Shown: positions 34,538-35,552 of the stretch, in pieces
How the letters are laid out: every line of letters starts with the position of its first letter
How positions within the stretch are numbered: the first letter of the stretch is position 1
Assembly (NCBI GenBank): GCA_003990765.1
Contig: RBNJ01000247.1
Span: 1 to 35,552 of the forward strand
From: Jimgerdemannia flammicorona
Taxonomy: Eukaryota
Direction: 5' to 3'
Length of the DNA stretch: 35,552 nucleotides
Program-made: the position numbers and the translations under genes
Notes under the pieces: model-generated
The model's input: only the letters and a program-made list of their open reading frames with translations
Told to the model about the DNA's origin: nothing
Databases searched by the model: none

Positions 34538-35552
34538 GGACAAGCTTCATTATCTATATTATCTATTAGAAGAGACCCAAATCTATCTTATCTCTATTGA
34601 AACACTTATACTACTAACTGATCAGAGAGATTGTATTTGCTCAAAGAGACTATTGGCATCTCAATCACTTTTATCTCAGTCAAAAACAAAACTTAGTTCA
34701 CTCAATCAGTAGTACCTCTTCTAATAGCTCAGAGAACATCTTTGCTATCAATATTAACATTGTTCACATTTAATAGTTTTAAGATAGATGACCAAAACAG
34801 TATTAGTAATAATAGTAAAAGATCTAAATATAAAAAATCATATTATCATAAAAAGTGATGAGTAATCAAGATAGTGATATAGTTAATGAAGATTAGAGTA
34901 TATTCAAATATATATTAGAGCCAACAGATAAAGCAGTAGATAGGCTGTGCTCAATTAGTATACAATATAGTAATTATGAACTATTAGTATATATGATATT
35001 ACAACTATTAGTTCTTTTTCTACTTTCTTCTCAAGTATGAGATCAGGAGTATATATTACTGATATTTTATAGAAATAGTACTATATGAGATTCTAGACTA
35101 TATAATTATATTAATAATCTAGGTATAAGATAAGATTAATCAACAGAATAAAGAGCTCATGAAGATAGAAAAGATACTATAGTATTGACTTTATTTTGTA
35201 ATAAAAAAAAAATCTAATCTAAACTATTATAATTTATATCTAATATTATTAAATACTTCTCTGATTTTATCTTTAGCTCCTATATAATAATGAGCTAGTT
35301 TCTGCTAACTCTGATCACCTATGTCATAAGACAAAATTACTACTCTATCACAAATATTGATAAAAGAGCTATTACTGGCTAAATAATAAAGAACTTATCA
35401 AGATAAATTTAAAATTTTCATATAATAGATATTTTAGATAATAGTCATTTATCTAAGTATATGGTAAAGAAGTCTATAAAAATAAAATAGAGATATATGT
35501 TTATACTATTGATCCTAATATATGGATCTTTTTAACTTAGTAAATTATTTAT
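34538..35552. other. AT-rich, CpG-depleted flank, unidentified
   Basis: No ORF or motif recognised. TpA richness suggests an older decayed repeat. Confidence 0.4.

Noticed and set aside
34538..35552. Host gene or transposase remnant in the right flank
   Set aside because: No recognisable motif in any frame I could read; too decayed to call.
1..35552. CRISPR arrays, rRNA/tRNA genes, prokaryotic operons
   Set aside because: None seen. The long repeats are LTR-element or LINE derived and the content is eukaryotic.

Overview
Eukaryotic, probably fungal, transposon graveyard with no recognisable host gene. One Ty3/Gypsy chromovirus family is nested inside itself, and every LTR-element junction is resolved by a 5-bp target-site duplication (TSD). 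An old inverted LTR (E0) holds full-length E1 (4164-34526). E1's 3' LTR holds full-length E2 (14003-33782), E2's integrase holds an inverted, internally deleted E3 (22986-31452), and E3's 5' LTR holds solo LTR E4 (28548-30651). There are also three L1/Tx1-type LINE insertions: a 5' half at about 125-3485, a 5'-truncated 1.8 kb copy in E2 gag, and a 24-nt abortive copy at E4's TATA box. All ORFs are decayed by C>T/G>A transitions at CpG and CpA. The family layout is unusual and retrovirus-like. A single gag-pol frame has a dUTPase between the CCHC knuckle and the protease, and an extra ~150-codon ORF follows the chromodomain. The very long LTRs (2.0 or 1.5 kb) carry one of two alternative cassettes in U3: a clear ~410-codon ORF in type A and a weaker ~250-codon frame in type B. 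All translations and alignments were done by eye.
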